This document shows positions 41,396-52,341 of a stretch of DNA of 64,000 nucleotides, in pieces. The number at the start of each line of letters is the position of its first letter. Positions within the stretch are counted from its first letter, which is position 1. The notes beneath the pieces were generated by a model that saw only the letters and a program-made list of their open reading frames with translations, was not told the origin of the DNA and did no database searches. The position numbers were made by a program, and so were the translations under genes. The DNA comes from a virus. Location: positions 22,323 to 86,322 of IMG/VR virus record IMGVR_UViG_3300041583_000385; one strand, 5' to 3'.

Positions 41396-42541
41396 ATGAG
41401 TGAGTTAAACAAAACGGACTTAATCAAAACCACATTTATTTATACATTATCCGATGATAGTGGAATAAGGTATGTTGGTAAAAGTAATTTTCCAAATAAG
41501 AGATATTATAATCATATAAAAACTTGTAATAGAACAAATACATATAAAAATAATTGGATAAAGTCACTTCTAAATGAGTGTAAAAAACCAATACTGAATA
41601 TTATAGATGAGGTACCAATCACAGAATGGCAATTTTGGGAAAAATACTGGATATCAAAACTTAGATCAGATGGTAATAATTTAACAAATATATCTATTGG
41701 TGGTAATGGATTAGGTAGTCATGGTTATAATACCAAAGAAAGAATGAAAATCAGACATAAAGAATTTCCAAATTATAATAGATCAGGTGGTAATTTAAAA
41801 AATGTTATAGATAAAGATTTATTATACCAACTTTATATAATTGAGAATTTATCAATAAATAAAATATCAAAAAAGTTAAAATTCGGGAAAAAGAAAATAT
41901 GGGATTCTCTACAAGAGTATAATATATCAAAATCAAAATCTGATTGGAAACATCAATTATCAACACAACCTAAGAAGATTGTTTTACAATATGATAAATC
42001 TGGTAACTTCATAAAAGAATGGATAGGTTTAAGTATAATACAAGATGAGATTGGTGTTAATAAGTCTAATATTTCTAGTTGTTGTAGAGGTATTGTAGTA
42101 AGTGCTGGTGATTTCACATGGAGGTATAAAGATGAATTTATAGAAATTGATACAGATAGGTTAAATTATCAAAAGAGAAAGGTTAAACAGTATGATAAAT
42201 CTGGTAATCTAATAAAAGAATATGACTCAATAAAAGAAACAATCTCAGATGGGTTTAATGATAGTAATGTTCAACTATGTTGCTCAGGTAGACAAAAGTC
42301 ACACAAAGGTTCTATTTGGAGATATTCAGAAGATAGTGCACCTAATAAATATAAAAACAAAACTATAAAATCTGTTATTCAATATGATAAGAATATGAAC
42401 AAAATAAAAGTATGGGATTCCATATCATCAGTGACAAAAGAATTGGACATAGGTAGTAATTCAATAACAACTTGTTGTAAAGGTAAATATAAATCAGCGG
42501 GTGGTTTCATTTGGAGATATAAATACGAATCAACTAATTAA
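41396..42541 (+). mobile_element. GIY-YIG homing endonuclease with three NUMOD1 domains
   Basis: FIYTL...YVGKS; QYDKSGN.IKEW...CC.G..SAG.F.WRY three times. Confidence 0.88.
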
Positions 42542-42551
42542 TATATACTTA

Positions 42552-42989
42552 GTGAGACATTTAAAACATTTCGAGAAATTAGATACTATAAAATATAAGG
42601 ATATGACATCTTGGGGATCTACTGAACCACAAAAAGAATTTAAACCATTGGATGAGAATTATATTAAGATGATATTTTCTGATTTCTTTGATAATGAATC
42701 TGCTGGTATAAAACATTCTGATCATGATAACTTCAAAGGGGTTAAATACGAATATATTACAGTTACAATAAATGATATTAAATTCTCACATGGTAATGAA
42801 ATAGATGGATTGATAGAATATCACAATAGATGTATTGAATTTCTAAAAGAAATAAAAGTTTGTATAAATAGAGTAAAAGATACGTATAAAGATGTTAGTG
42901 TACAAATTCACTTAGGTGGTGGATATGACCCAATTGGTGGTACTACTCACCCAACTGAATATGAAGTAATAATAATTAATAAGAAATGA
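42552..42989 (+). CDS. N-tagged paralog
   Basis: GTG start 4 nt after TAATATATA: MRHLKHFE. Confidence 0.7.
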   Translation: MRHLKHFEKLDTIKYKDMTSWGSTEPQKEFKPLDENYIKMIFSDFFDNESAGIKHSDHDNFKGVKYEYITVTINDIKFSHGNEIDGLIEYHNRCIEFLKEIKVCINRVKDTYKDVSVQIHLGGGYDPIGGTTHPTEYEVIIINKK

Positions 42990-43075
42990 GATATTTAAAG
43001 TTATTTGAAAAATTCACACAAGATGAGACAATAAGGCAGAATCTAGGAAGAGGTATCTACAAAATCCTGACTTAA
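42986..43075 (+). pseudogene. N-tag remnant
   Basis: MRYLKLFEKF, 29 aa then stop. Confidence 0.45.
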
Positions 43076-43089
43076 TATATAAAAAGACT

Positions 43090-43290
43090 ATGTTTAAGGA
43101 AAGAATAAAAGATGGTGAGGTATTGGTTGACTTTGATTTTGAAGGTAGACATTATAATGGTATTGTACAGAAATATACAGGTACTTCTATTAGAATAGAG
43201 GGTGAGTCATTTAAACATACAAGGTTTGATAAAATCAAAAACTTAAAACTATCTGATAAAGATGGTAATAAAATTGAAGATATATTATGA
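43090..43290 (+). CDS. hypothetical protein
   Basis: 66 aa ORF after TAATATATA. Confidence 0.55.
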   Translation: MFKERIKDGEVLVDFDFEGRHYNGIVQKYTGTSIRIEGESFKHTRFDKIKNLKLSDKDGNKIEDIL

Positions 43291-44378
43291 AGTATATAAA
43301 GAGATATAATGAATCAAATGTTGAGAGAAATGACTTAGATAAGGAATTCTTCAATAATGTTTTTATTGATTTAATTGAAAGTAAAGTTATTTTAGATATA
43401 AAAGATAATTTCAACTTTTTTAAAAAATTCTATTTAGATAGATCTGGTAGTGAAGGTGGTGTTTTAATATTATTAAAGATAACACCAGATTCAAATCACA
43501 TAGATAGTTACCTAAAGGAGTTTGATGAGTGTAAAGAAAATATGTTAGAGATTAAGACTTGTATTAAAAGAGTTGAAGATGAGTTCCCAGGTATAGAACA
43601 TTATATAGTTACTAAGAGAAATAATGTTAATGTGGAATTTGATTCAGACGCATTTGGTATGAGAGATGATATGAGAAAGACTGATACATTTCTTTATTTT
43701 TGGTACCCAAAAAGAATCAAAGAGTCAAAAATATTTGAGTCAAAAATATCAACACTTGACTCCTTAACAGATGATGAATTAAGAGAGAGGTTGAAATGGT
43801 TAGCTATTGAGAGAGATGAATTACTAGAAGAGATTGGTAATATCAATAAGTTATTGAGAAGTAGAAAAGAGAATAAGGAATCTATATATAGTAAAGATTT
43901 ACCAGAAAGTATTTTTGATTTTAACCAAGAACAATGTGAGTGGATATTTGAACACCACCATGGAACAACATCTAAACATTATGAAATTGCTCAAAAATAT
44001 TTCAGCGAACTTGGTATATATAATTCGGGATTTAACCCAGATACAAAACAATTTTACTTTACAATAAGTAGTAGCTCTTGTTTTAATGAAGCAGAAGACG
44101 GATTTAAATTAAATGAAAAAGTAGCTAAGTCAATTAAATTCCTAGGTAATAACCTTAAAAAGAGTGATGGTGGGTTTGTTAAATTTGGAGTATCATATTA
44201 TTATGATGAAGGTGAAAGAAATGATTTAGTTAAATATTTTAACGAGGGTAATTTATTTTATGGCATTGGATACTTGGTTGGTAGAGGAAAGGAATATACT
44301 AGTGTTGAAAAATTATTAGAAGACGTTGTTGCTAATGATTTAGAAGAACAAATAGATAGAGATAGAAATGCGTGGTAA
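43287..44378 (+). CDS. N-tagged multidomain protein
   Basis: MKYIKRYNES; internal RIKESKIFES. Confidence 0.75.
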   Translation: MKYIKRYNESNVERNDLDKEFFNNVFIDLIESKVILDIKDNFNFFKKFYLDRSGSEGGVLILLKITPDSNHIDSYLKEFDECKENMLEIKTCIKRVEDEFPGIEHYIVTKRNNVNVEFDSDAFGMRDDMRKTDTFLYFWYPKRIKESKIFESKISTLDSLTDDELRERLKWLAIERDELLEEIGNINKLLRSRKENKESIYSKDLPESIFDFNQEQCEWIFEHHHGTTSKHYEIAQKYFSELGIYNSGFNPDTKQFYFTISSSSCFNEAEDGFKLNEKVAKSIKFLGNNLKKSDGGFVKFGVSYYYDEGERNDLVKYFNEGNLFYGIGYLVGRGKEYTSVEKLLEDVVANDLEEQIDRDRNAW

Positions 44379-44379
44379 T

Positions 44380-44829
44380 ATGAAACATTTAAAAAAATAT
44401 AACGAGTCTGTTGATGGATTTGAGGTTAATAAATCTATTACTGATTATATAAAATTAGTATTCGCTGATTTAATTGGTGAAGTTGAGGATGAATTTGAAT
44501 TTTAAGATGGTGTTTCAATGGAAAGTAATAAACCATTTGTAGAGTGTTATTTTTCTATAACTCTACCTACTTTACATAAACCAAATCAAAAACTAATAGG
44601 GTATAGTATTGGTACCGCTAAGGGATCTATATCAGAGTTTGTTAAAAACAATGAAAATATATCTGATATATTAAAAGATATAGAAACTGGTATTAAAAGA
44701 ATTAAGGATGAATACCCTATCATAAGACATGAAATCGAAAAGGAGTGTGATGAAATTCACAGGGATAATATATTATCTTATTTAACAGTTCATATTGAGT
44801 GGGGTGAACACACAACAATATTAAATTAA
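44380..44829 (+). pseudogene. N-tagged paralog with one in-frame TAA (44503-44505)
   Basis: MKHLKKYNES...EFEF*DGVS, in frame with ORF 44518-44829. Confidence 0.65.
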
Positions 44830-45225
44830 TATTTGTTGTAACTTAATATCCCTTTCCCATTCTAAATATAGAACTCTAAATGCTTCATCTGAATAAGTAA
44901 ACCCAAATATCCAAGTTTTACCACCATACCAACTAGACCAAACTTCTGTATATAAATTGGAATTTTTAAATTCTAATTCTAACCTTTCAGCTTCTTCTCT
45001 TGTTGTGTGGTGGGAAAATCCAGTATCAGATAAATAAAAATCTAATACATCTATTTCTATTTTACCACTATTCTTCCAGTTATTCAAATACCATTCACCT
45101 TGAAGTGATTCAACACTATTTATAAAATCATTTCTATCACAATAACCCCTTGTTACTATATCAAATAAATCAATTGGTTTTAATGATTTAATGATTCTAT
45201 ATCTTTTAAAGATTTTGACTCTCAT
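44821..45225 (-). CDS. hypothetical protein with C-terminal tag (RDIKLQQIL)
   Basis: 134 aa ORF. Confidence 0.7.
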   Translation of the reverse strand: MRVKIFKRYRIIKSLKPIDLFDIVTRGYCDRNDFINSVESLQGEWYLNNWKNSGKIEIDVLDFYLSDTGFSHHTTREEAERLELEFKNSNLYTEVWSSWYGGKTWIFGFTYSDEAFRVLYLEWERDIKLQQILI

Positions 45226-46241
45226 TTATTGAACCTATTGAAAGCCATTGGGCTTATTTGTACAAAGTCAGGACCACCTATAAATTCATCTAATGTTCTA
45301 CAACCAGTATAAGACATAGCAGATTTTAGATAGTCAGTGAAATTCTCACACCAACCATCAATTGTATATTCAACTAAGTTATATTTAGTTATACCTTCTC
45401 CGGTTTTTAACTCAACTCTGTTCCAAGACTTCTGAACTTCTTTAGTTGACATACCTCTATAATATTTATAAACAGACTCACCCTCATTAAAGTATTCAAG
45501 TGCTTCTTCCGTAGAGATTTCTTTATAATCTCTGTTAGAAATTATATAATTATTGGAACAAGATTCTATACATTTATTAAAAATACCACCAATCATACAA
45601 GCGTGTCCACCCAAGGCTAGTGCTTTTATTATTTCAGAAGTATTTCTAAATCCACCATCTACTATTATTTTAGTAGGATTATTAAATTTTTTAGATATTT
45701 CATGACACTCATTTACTAATGATGCAGATGGATAAAAAATCCCAACATTTGCGGCTGTTGTACATGCGCTACCGGATCCTATATTACATCTTATATAATC
45801 AACACCTATTTCACAGTATTTTTCATAGGTTTTAGGATTTGAAATATTACCAATCATTAGTTCGATATTATCACCAAACATATCTTTTATTTTTTTAGAT
45901 ATATCATATAACTTCTGCATATGACCATTTGCAATATCAATTAGTATTCTTTTAGGAAGAGATACATTATTTTCAATAATACCAATTATCTCATCTAACC
46001 CATATGAGTAGAAATAATTATCACTTTTACTAGGATCATATTTTATATGTCTAGGTAGACATATATTTATTTTATTATTATCAAAGTATTTAATGTTATT
46101 TTCATCTATAACCATGTCCATTGGTGCTGTAAAAATAGGCAAATTGCCATTGTCAAGATATGGATTTACCTCATATCTAGAAGAGATTGAACTTAAAACA
46201 TTTGGTACTATTGTGATATCATTCCAGTCAAATTTATACAT
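45222..46241 (-). CDS. IMP dehydrogenase / GMP reductase family protein (no CBS domains)
   Basis: TAPMD, IDIANGH, IGSGSACTT, DGG, KALALG, YRGMST. Confidence 0.9.
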   Translation of the reverse strand: MYKFDWNDITIVPNVLSSISSRYEVNPYLDNGNLPIFTAPMDMVIDENNIKYFDNNKINICLPRHIKYDPSKSDNYFYSYGLDEIIGIIENNVSLPKRILIDIANGHMQKLYDISKKIKDMFGDNIELMIGNISNPKTYEKYCEIGVDYIRCNIGSGSACTTAANVGIFYPSASLVNECHEISKKFNNPTKIIVDGGFRNTSEIIKALALGGHACMIGGIFNKCIESCSNNYIISNRDYKEISTEEALEYFNEGESVYKYYRGMSTKEVQKSWNRVELKTGEGITKYNLVEYTIDGWCENFTDYLKSAMSYTGCRTLDEFIGGPDFVQISPMAFNRFNK

Positions 46242-46283
46242 TTTTTATATTTTATTTTTAATATATATTAAAAATATAAAGTA

Positions 46284-46505
46284 ATGTTGACATCATTACT
46301 TAATAAAGTTATGCCAAAATTAGTAAATAATGAATATTTTATAGAAAAGTCAAAAATTAAACATTTTGATAATTATGATTACTCTAAAGTAAATTATATA
46401 AATAATTCAACAGATATTATTATAATTTGTAAAAAGCATGGTGAATTCCTACAAAAACCAGCTGTTCATTTAAGAGGTAGTGGATGTAACCAAATATTGT
46501 ATTGA
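46284..46505 (+). pseudogene. zinc-ribbon homing endonuclease remnant
   Basis: YDYSKVNY...IICKKHGEF.Q...HL.GSGC, truncated. Confidence 0.65.
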
Positions 46506-46570
46506 TAATAATATTATCCTAATAAGAATTTCCTATTTAGATAATATTATTGATAGTTTAAATTTCTCAT

Positions 46571-46879
46571 TTAATAGAAAGAATACTTATTATCTATTTT
46601 AATACAATAGATAGAGATTGGATAAAGTCTAATTCCTTTATCAGATTCATCTATTAAAAATCTCATAGCACCATCTATTAATTCATCATTCATTATCTTA
46701 ACCGTGGCATTATGTAGACCACTAAAGATGGAAACATTTACATCATCAGTAATTGGTATAAAGTTTTTCTTAGAATCTGTTATCTTACCACCAAATCCTT
46801 CTTTGAAATAAGACTTATCTATAATTTTAGATAAATCTTCGGTATTTGTTAATTCTACTCTAATTTCGTGCTTTATCAT
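46571..46879 (-). CDS. hypothetical protein
   Basis: 102 aa ORF. Confidence 0.6.
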   Translation of the reverse strand: MIKHEIRVELTNTEDLSKIIDKSYFKEGFGGKITDSKKNFIPITDDVNVSIFSGLHNATVKIMNDELIDGAMRFLIDESDKGIRLYPISIYCIKIDNKYSFY

Positions 46880-46963
46880 ATATTTTCGTTTAATTTACTC
46901 TAATCTTATTATTAATTATAATAAAAGTTTGAAAACAAGTGTTTAAAAAATTTATATATATTG

Positions 46964-47264
46964 TATGATTTGTAAAAAATGCAATATTGATAAAGAATGT
47001 TCTGATTTTCATAAAAAAAGTAAATCAAAAACAAGGTACCAAATATATTGTAAACTTTGTAATAGAGGAGTACAGAAATCTTTTTATGAAAAAAATACAA
47101 ATAGTATCTTAGAAAGAAAAAGTAATTGACTAGTCTAAATTATACCACATAAAAAACCAATAACAAAATTTGATAAAAATAGTGATATAAAAATAATAAA
47201 TGCTTTGAGTAATTTACAACCACTCTGGGCTAAAGATAATTTATCTAAAGGTAATAAATTTTAA
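46964..47264 (+). pseudogene. HNH homing endonuclease remnant
   Basis: MICKKCNIDK start, broken frames, ends HKKPITKFD...NALSNLQPLWAKDNLSKGNKF*. Confidence 0.65.
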
Positions 47265-47341
47265 CGGCTTAGGACCCGTTGTAGTTTCGCCCCAACTGGG
47301 TAGGACTAAAGAAGAGGTTGAATTCGCTACTCAACCTCTTC
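47263..47341 (+). other. three-hairpin structured element (terminator and/or ncRNA candidate)
   Basis: AACGG/CCGTT; TAGTTT..CCC/GGG..GGACTA; 11-bp GAAGAGGTTGA/TCAACCTCTTC with ATTCGCTAC loop. Confidence 0.55.
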
Positions 47342-47726
47342 ACTTTTTAAATAAGTCATTCATAATGAACTCTCTAAGTTCACTCTTAGGTGTTAGTTCC
47401 CTTTCATAGATATGTAATTTGAAAATAACTTTAACAACACCTTTACTAAAACTTGATGTTATTGTAGATCTCTCAAATTGAGAATCCACCATCCATAAAC
47501 CCTGATTAAATTCTTCACTAAAGTTTTTAACACTATCATTCTTATCAACAAGTAACCTAAAGTGTAGGTTATTATCAGAATCCTTTATATCAGTTCTCAT
47601 TTTGAAATAATTAGTAAGTGGAATAGTTACCGTTATCTTAACAGGCTCCATAGAATACCACATATCATCCTTCATTTCACTTTTTAGTACACAAGGGTAC
47701 TTTTCATCTTTATAGATAAATTTCAT
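47340..47726 (-). CDS. hypothetical protein with C-tag-like end (REFIMNDLF)
   Basis: 128 aa ORF. Confidence 0.65.
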   Translation of the reverse strand: MKFIYKDEKYPCVLKSEMKDDMWYSMEPVKITVTIPLTNYFKMRTDIKDSDNNLHFRLLVDKNDSVKNFSEEFNQGLWMVDSQFERSTITSSFSKGVVKVIFKLHIYERELTPKSELREFIMNDLFKK

Positions 47727-47999
47727 ATTCCTAATTCTTTTAGTTTATCATTTCTATCATCTTCCAATCCTTCCCAAACCCCATCCTTTACAATTACCAT
47801 CTTCCTCACCACTCCAAATATCTAAATCTAATTTACAACCTGGGATGTGCTCACCACCTAAACCAGCTTCATATTCGAATTTACAAGTCCAGCACTTTTT
47901 ATTTACCTTGTTGAAAGAGCAATCAGGTTCGTGTGATTTTATTTTACTTGAATCAATATCTGTTTTTGAACAAAAGTCACACTTCCATACCTGTTTCAT
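47723..47999 (-). CDS. Cys-rich protein; +1 G frameshift hides C-terminal tag RNDKLKELGI
   Basis: CxxC, HxxxC, CxxC; removing one G at 47779-47782 gives GWVWEGLEDDRNDKLKELGI* whose stop overlaps the next ATG. Confidence 0.65.
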
Positions 48000-48565
48000 A
48001 TTCCTAATTCTTTTAGTTTAATATCCCTTAATAAGGATATAAGAGCACTCCATTTTTCTGGTTTGATTTTAAAATTCTCATCAATTACTTCCTTTATATC
48101 TTTTGTGTTGAAAAATTTATTATCCATTATGTAATCAACACGTCCTGGATTAGCACTTATTTTAACTGGATCTAATATTCTTTTTATTAAATACTTCTTA
48201 TCAATATTTAATTTACTGAATGGTCTTGAACCAGAAGCTGATGTGAAATTTTCCGGGTATTCATCAACCAACTCTTGTAGAAGTTCACATACAATATGTA
48301 TTCTAGCGTATTTACATTCTAGTGGTATAAAGCATGGATTAGTAATATCACCCTTTTCTATTAAGAATAAAGCACAATCTTTAGAAGCATTTTTAAGAGA
48401 TAATTGTAATAGATTACCTTTACATTTATCAAATTCATCATTTCTTAATAATTTAAAGTTCTCTTTTAGATTATCGATTTGGTTATCATGTACATTACTT
48501 TCTAGAGCATCTTTTAGACGCTTTCGATGTTTTAACCATTTTTCATTTTTGTTATTACTGAACAT
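47996..48565 (-). CDS. hypothetical protein with C-terminal tag (RDIKLKELGI)
   Basis: 189 aa; TATATTTG upstream; weak ankyrin-like NLLQLSLKNASKDCALFLIEKG. Confidence 0.7.
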   Translation of the reverse strand: MFSNNKNEKWLKHRKRLKDALESNVHDNQIDNLKENFKLLRNDEFDKCKGNLLQLSLKNASKDCALFLIEKGDITNPCFIPLECKYARIHIVCELLQELVDEYPENFTSASGSRPFSKLNIDKKYLIKRILDPVKISANPGRVDYIMDNKFFNTKDIKEVIDENFKIKPEKWSALISLLRDIKLKELGI

Positions 48566-48670
48566 TAAACTTTTTTATTATTTCACCTACAAATATAGAT
48601 AAAAATTCCCGATAAACATAAACAATCGGGTATATAATTAATATACTAACTACATAAATAAAATATTTAA

Positions 48671-49636
48671 ATGGCAGAACAAGAACACATATTAAAAGAC
48701 AACCCAGGTAGGTTTGTTGTATTCCCAATCAAACACAATGATATATGGGAAATGTATAAAACAGCGGAACATTCATTCTGGACAGCAGAAGAAATTGATT
48801 TAGCTCAAGACATGACGGATTGGGAGGAAAAATTAAATGATGATGAAAGACATTATATAAAGAATGTTTTAGCATTTTTCGCGGCATCTGATGGTATTGT
48901 AAATGAAAATCTAGCTGAGAATTTTGTAAAAGAAGTTCAATATCCAGAAGCTAAATTCTTTTATGGATTTCAAATAGCTATGGAGAATGTACATTCAGAG
49001 ACATACTCATTGTTAATTGATACCTATATTAAGGATAATACTGAAAAAGACCATTTGTTCAATGCTATTGATACTATACCATCAGTTAAGAAAAAAGCTG
49101 ATTGGGCTATTAAGTGGATAGATTCTGAATCATTTGCTGAAAGACTTATAGCATTTGCGGCAGTTGAAGGTATTTTCTTCTCTGGTTCATTTTGTTCTTT
49201 GTTCTGGTTGAAAAAAAGAGGATTAATGCCAGGATTAACATTCTCAAATGAATTAATCTCAAGAGATGAAGGATTACATTGTTTATTCGCTTGTTTATTA
49301 CACAACAACCATATACAAAACAAAGTTTCTCAAGACCGTATTAAAGAAATCATCTGTGAAGCAGTTGAGATTGAGAAAGAATTTGTAACAGATTCTTTAC
49401 CAGTTGCTTTAATTGGTATGAACGAGGTGTTGATGCAACAATACATTGAATATGTTGCTGACTATTGGTTGATTGAGTTGGGATGTTCTAAAGTTTATAA
49501 TGCTGAAAACCCATTTGACTTTATGGATATGTTATCTTTACAGAATAAAAGTAACTTCTTTGAAAAAAGAGTATCTGAATACCAAAAAGCTTCTGATACA
49601 AATATCGATTACGATAATTTATCAGATGATTTTTAA
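48671..49636 (+). CDS. nrdB: class Ia ribonucleotide reductase beta subunit
   Basis: [52 protein letters not shown]. Confidence 0.97.
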   Translation: MAEQEHILKDNPGRFVVFPIKHNDIWEMYKTAEHSFWTAEEIDLAQDMTDWEEKLNDDERHYIKNVLAFFAASDGIVNENLAENFVKEVQYPEAKFFYGFQIAMENVHSETYSLLIDTYIKDNTEKDHLFNAIDTIPSVKKKADWAIKWIDSESFAERLIAFAAVEGIFFSGSFCSLFWLKKRGLMPGLTFSNELISRDEGLHCLFACLLHNNHIQNKVSQDRIKEIICEAVEIEKEFVTDSLPVALIGMNEVLMQQYIEYVADYWLIELGCSKVYNAENPFDFMDMLSLQNKSNFFEKRVSEYQKASDTNIDYDNLSDDF

Positions 49637-49661
49637 TATATAATTTGTCCGACAAGGCAAA

Positions 49662-49715
49662 ACCCTTATCTTATGATAAGGTGAAGCCCTTATCTTAATC
49701 GATAAGGGTTTTTTT
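49662..49715 (+). terminator. tandem hairpins; second is an intrinsic terminator
   Basis: CCTTATC-TTAT-GATAAGG, then GCCCTTATC-TTAATC-GATAAGGGT-T6. Confidence 0.85.
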
Positions 49716-49759
49716 GTTGCCAAAATTTAATATATAAATCAAAAAAGAAATATATTATT

Positions 49760-50071
49760 ATGAAATATTATGCTTATTTAAAACAAAGTGGTGAAGGTTG
49801 TGATTATACAATTGGATGTGCTCAAACATTGATTACTATTGAAGCTAGTAATGATGATGAGGCTAGAGAGAAATTATCAGAAGAGATTTCTGAAAATTAT
49901 TATGATGAAAGGGAATTATCAGAAGTTCAATTATTCAAAGAACCAATTGAATTTGATTTGAATAAGACTTATGATAAGATGAAATCTTCAAAGGAAGAGT
50001 CTAATAATAAGATGCAACACCTTAAAGATAGGGAAGAGTATGAGCGTCTAAGAAAAAAATTCGGAGAATAA
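49760..50071 (+). CDS. hypothetical protein
   Basis: 103 aa, GCDYTIGC...EYERLRKKF. Confidence 0.75.
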   Translation: MKYYAYLKQSGEGCDYTIGCAQTLITIEASNDDEAREKLSEEISENYYDERELSEVQLFKEPIEFDLNKTYDKMKSSKEESNNKMQHLKDREEYERLRKKFGE

Positions 50072-50727
50072 TGAAACACTTAAAGAAATTAAAAAGGATT
50101 GATGAGATTCAAGATTCAAGATTAGATATACATGGATTAAAGTGTGATAACACAGAATGTGATTGGAATGATATGTCTATTCAATTTGACGATTATCCAA
50201 ATCATGTAGATGCTGGTTGTCCAGAGTGTGGTGAGAATATTCTTAAAGATGCTGATTATCAAGAATTATTACAGATGAAAAATGCTGTTGAGGCTTTGAA
50301 TAAACTATCAGAAGAACAAATACAGGCTATGTTAGCTAATCTATCACCTGAACAAATGGATGCATCTCTTGATCAAATGAATCATATGAAAAAGATGTTT
50401 GATGTTAGAACTGATAATGGTGATGGTACAGAAACTTTATCTTCAAGTGATAATATAAATGAATCTTTACCAAGACAACAAAGTGTTGATCAATTAAAGA
50501 AATTGAGAAAATTATGTAAAGGTACTGATATCGGTGATAGGATATCCGATATGAATAAAGAGGGAGCTAATATACAATATATTCAAAACCCTATTGATAG
50601 TGGTATTGAATCATATGAAGATTATCAAAAGGCTAATAAGAAATTTATTCCTTCTTGGAATCTAAAACACTCCCATTTGGTGGTAAAAAAAGTAAAAAGA
50701 AATAATGAAACACTTAAAGAAATTTAA
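50071..50727 (+). CDS. N-tagged protein with zinc-ribbon domain
   Basis: MKHLKKLKRIDE; CDNTEC..CPECG; internal NINES; 3' end probably frameshifted. Confidence 0.7.
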   Translation: MKHLKKLKRIDEIQDSRLDIHGLKCDNTECDWNDMSIQFDDYPNHVDAGCPECGENILKDADYQELLQMKNAVEALNKLSEEQIQAMLANLSPEQMDASLDQMNHMKKMFDVRTDNGDGTETLSSSDNINESLPRQQSVDQLKKLRKLCKGTDIGDRISDMNKEGANIQYIQNPIDSGIESYEDYQKANKKFIPSWNLKHSHLVVKKVKRNNETLKEI

Positions 50728-51238
50728 TACTGGTATAGTTGCATATAGAAAATTTAACGAATCAGTTGACCACAATAAAGTTAACTCATTTATACAAAAA
50801 GCTAATTCACTTATAAACTATGATGAATCAGAATTCGAACAAGGTGATGAACCTATGAATGTTGATTTATTATCAGAATTAGGTGAATTATATAATGATA
50901 TGGATATGACACCAGAAGATTTATCAATGGTTGTTACTTCCGGTAGATTGAATGATGATAATAATCTTGTTAAGATAATATTAGATGAAGTACAAAGTGA
51001 ATCAACAACCGATACTAATGTCAGAACAGATAATACACCATTAGAAAAAGTGGATGTTTATTACGCTTGTATGAATGGTGGTGATGGATCTGTTAGTGTT
51101 CGTTGGTATTTAACTTACGAAGAAGCTGTATCGGCTGAGGAAAACCAATCAGAAGGATGGGGAGAACCTTGTGATGGTCACGCAGAAACATTTGTTGGGT
51201 CAAATATACATAAATTAGCAAAAAGAAATAGTAAATAA
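50705..51238 (+). CDS. N-tagged hypothetical protein
   Basis: MKHLKKFN...YRKFNES. Confidence 0.75.
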   Translation: MKHLKKFNTGIVAYRKFNESVDHNKVNSFIQKANSLINYDESEFEQGDEPMNVDLLSELGELYNDMDMTPEDLSMVVTSGRLNDDNNLVKIILDEVQSESTTDTNVRTDNTPLEKVDVYYACMNGGDGSVSVRWYLTYEEAVSAEENQSEGWGEPCDGHAETFVGSNIHKLAKRNSK

Positions 51239-51732
51239 TGAAACACTTAAAGAAATTTAACGAAGAAATTAGAATTGTTAAATCAGAAGGTTCTGAACCT
51301 GATGTTGATGTTAAGAAATCATCATATAACACACCAGGTACTAAAATAATAAAAATTGAAGCGTTTGATGAAGTTGCATCTAAAATATTACAAAAACAAA
51401 TGTCATTAGGATTAAAACCCTTTTATTTAAATAAAGATAATGAATTTGTTGAAATATTAATTGATGATAAAGGATTTCCTTATGAAAGTATAGAATCTGA
51501 AAGAGCTAATAGATATGGTAGACCTATCTCATCAAGAAAGAATTCTTTTAAATGGAAAGCGAATCATTATGGTGAAGTTTATTTATTAACAGATGAAGAT
51601 TTAAAAAGCATACAACCTTTATTGGGTAAAGTAAGGGGATTGATAAATAAATTAGAAGAACAAAAACAATTATTAGTAAAACTAATTGGATCAAAATTAA
51701 CACATAAGGATGAAAATATTGAAGAATTATAA
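51238..51732 (+). CDS. N-tagged hypothetical protein
   Basis: MKHLKKFNEE. Confidence 0.75.
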   Translation: MKHLKKFNEEIRIVKSEGSEPDVDVKKSSYNTPGTKIIKIEAFDEVASKILQKQMSLGLKPFYLNKDNEFVEILIDDKGFPYESIESERANRYGRPISSRKNSFKWKANHYGEVYLLTDEDLKSIQPLLGKVRGLINKLEEQKQLLVKLIGSKLTHKDENIEEL

Positions 51733-51868
51733 GAAATTTAATGAAATGGCTGGTTATAACGAAACTATGACCATAGAAGATTTAATTTATGTATTGGAGC
51801 AAAAACCAAAAGATAATTTTATTGTTGCTCATAATCAGAAATTAATGAATACGAGGGTTTTTATCTAG
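51710..51868 (+). CDS. short N-tagged ORF (possibly truncated)
   Basis: MKILKNYKKFNEM, 52 aa. Confidence 0.5.
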   Translation: MKILKNYKKFNEMAGYNETMTIEDLIYVLEQKPKDNFIVAHNQKLMNTRVFI

Positions 51869-51887
51869 AAAATGAAATAATAGGAAA

Positions 51888-52163
51888 ATGAAATATTTAA
51901 AGACATTTGAATCACATGGAACACATTTAGCAGAAGATATTGCTAAAGACTTATTACCTAGATTAAAAGAGATAAAATCTGAGAAGGGTTTCTTTACAAC
52001 AAGTATGTTTGATAACTATATGGAGGAAAGAAAAGGTAACCTTAAATTAACTGATGAAGTTATGGGTTATTTGGTAAACATGGGTTTTGACTTCGATACT
52101 GATGAAGATGATGAAGATGATGGATTTGATGATATATCAATGTTTGATTATAACTTAAATTAA
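51888..52163 (+). CDS. N-tagged acidic protein
   Basis: MKYLKTFES; acidic tail. Confidence 0.75.
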   Translation: MKYLKTFESHGTHLAEDIAKDLLPRLKEIKSEKGFFTTSMFDNYMEERKGNLKLTDEVMGYLVNMGFDFDTDEDDEDDGFDDISMFDYNLN

Positions 52164-52341
52164 TAACCGGTAATAATAACCATCTAGAAGATAAAAAGAA
52201 AAAACCCCAAATTGGATTGAACCATTCAATAAACCCGTATTTAAAATACCAATCGGTGCACTGATTATATAATCATAACATTGGTTTACTCAAACAATCT
52301 GTGGAATTTTACATCAAGTTTTTTAATATATAAACATAGTC

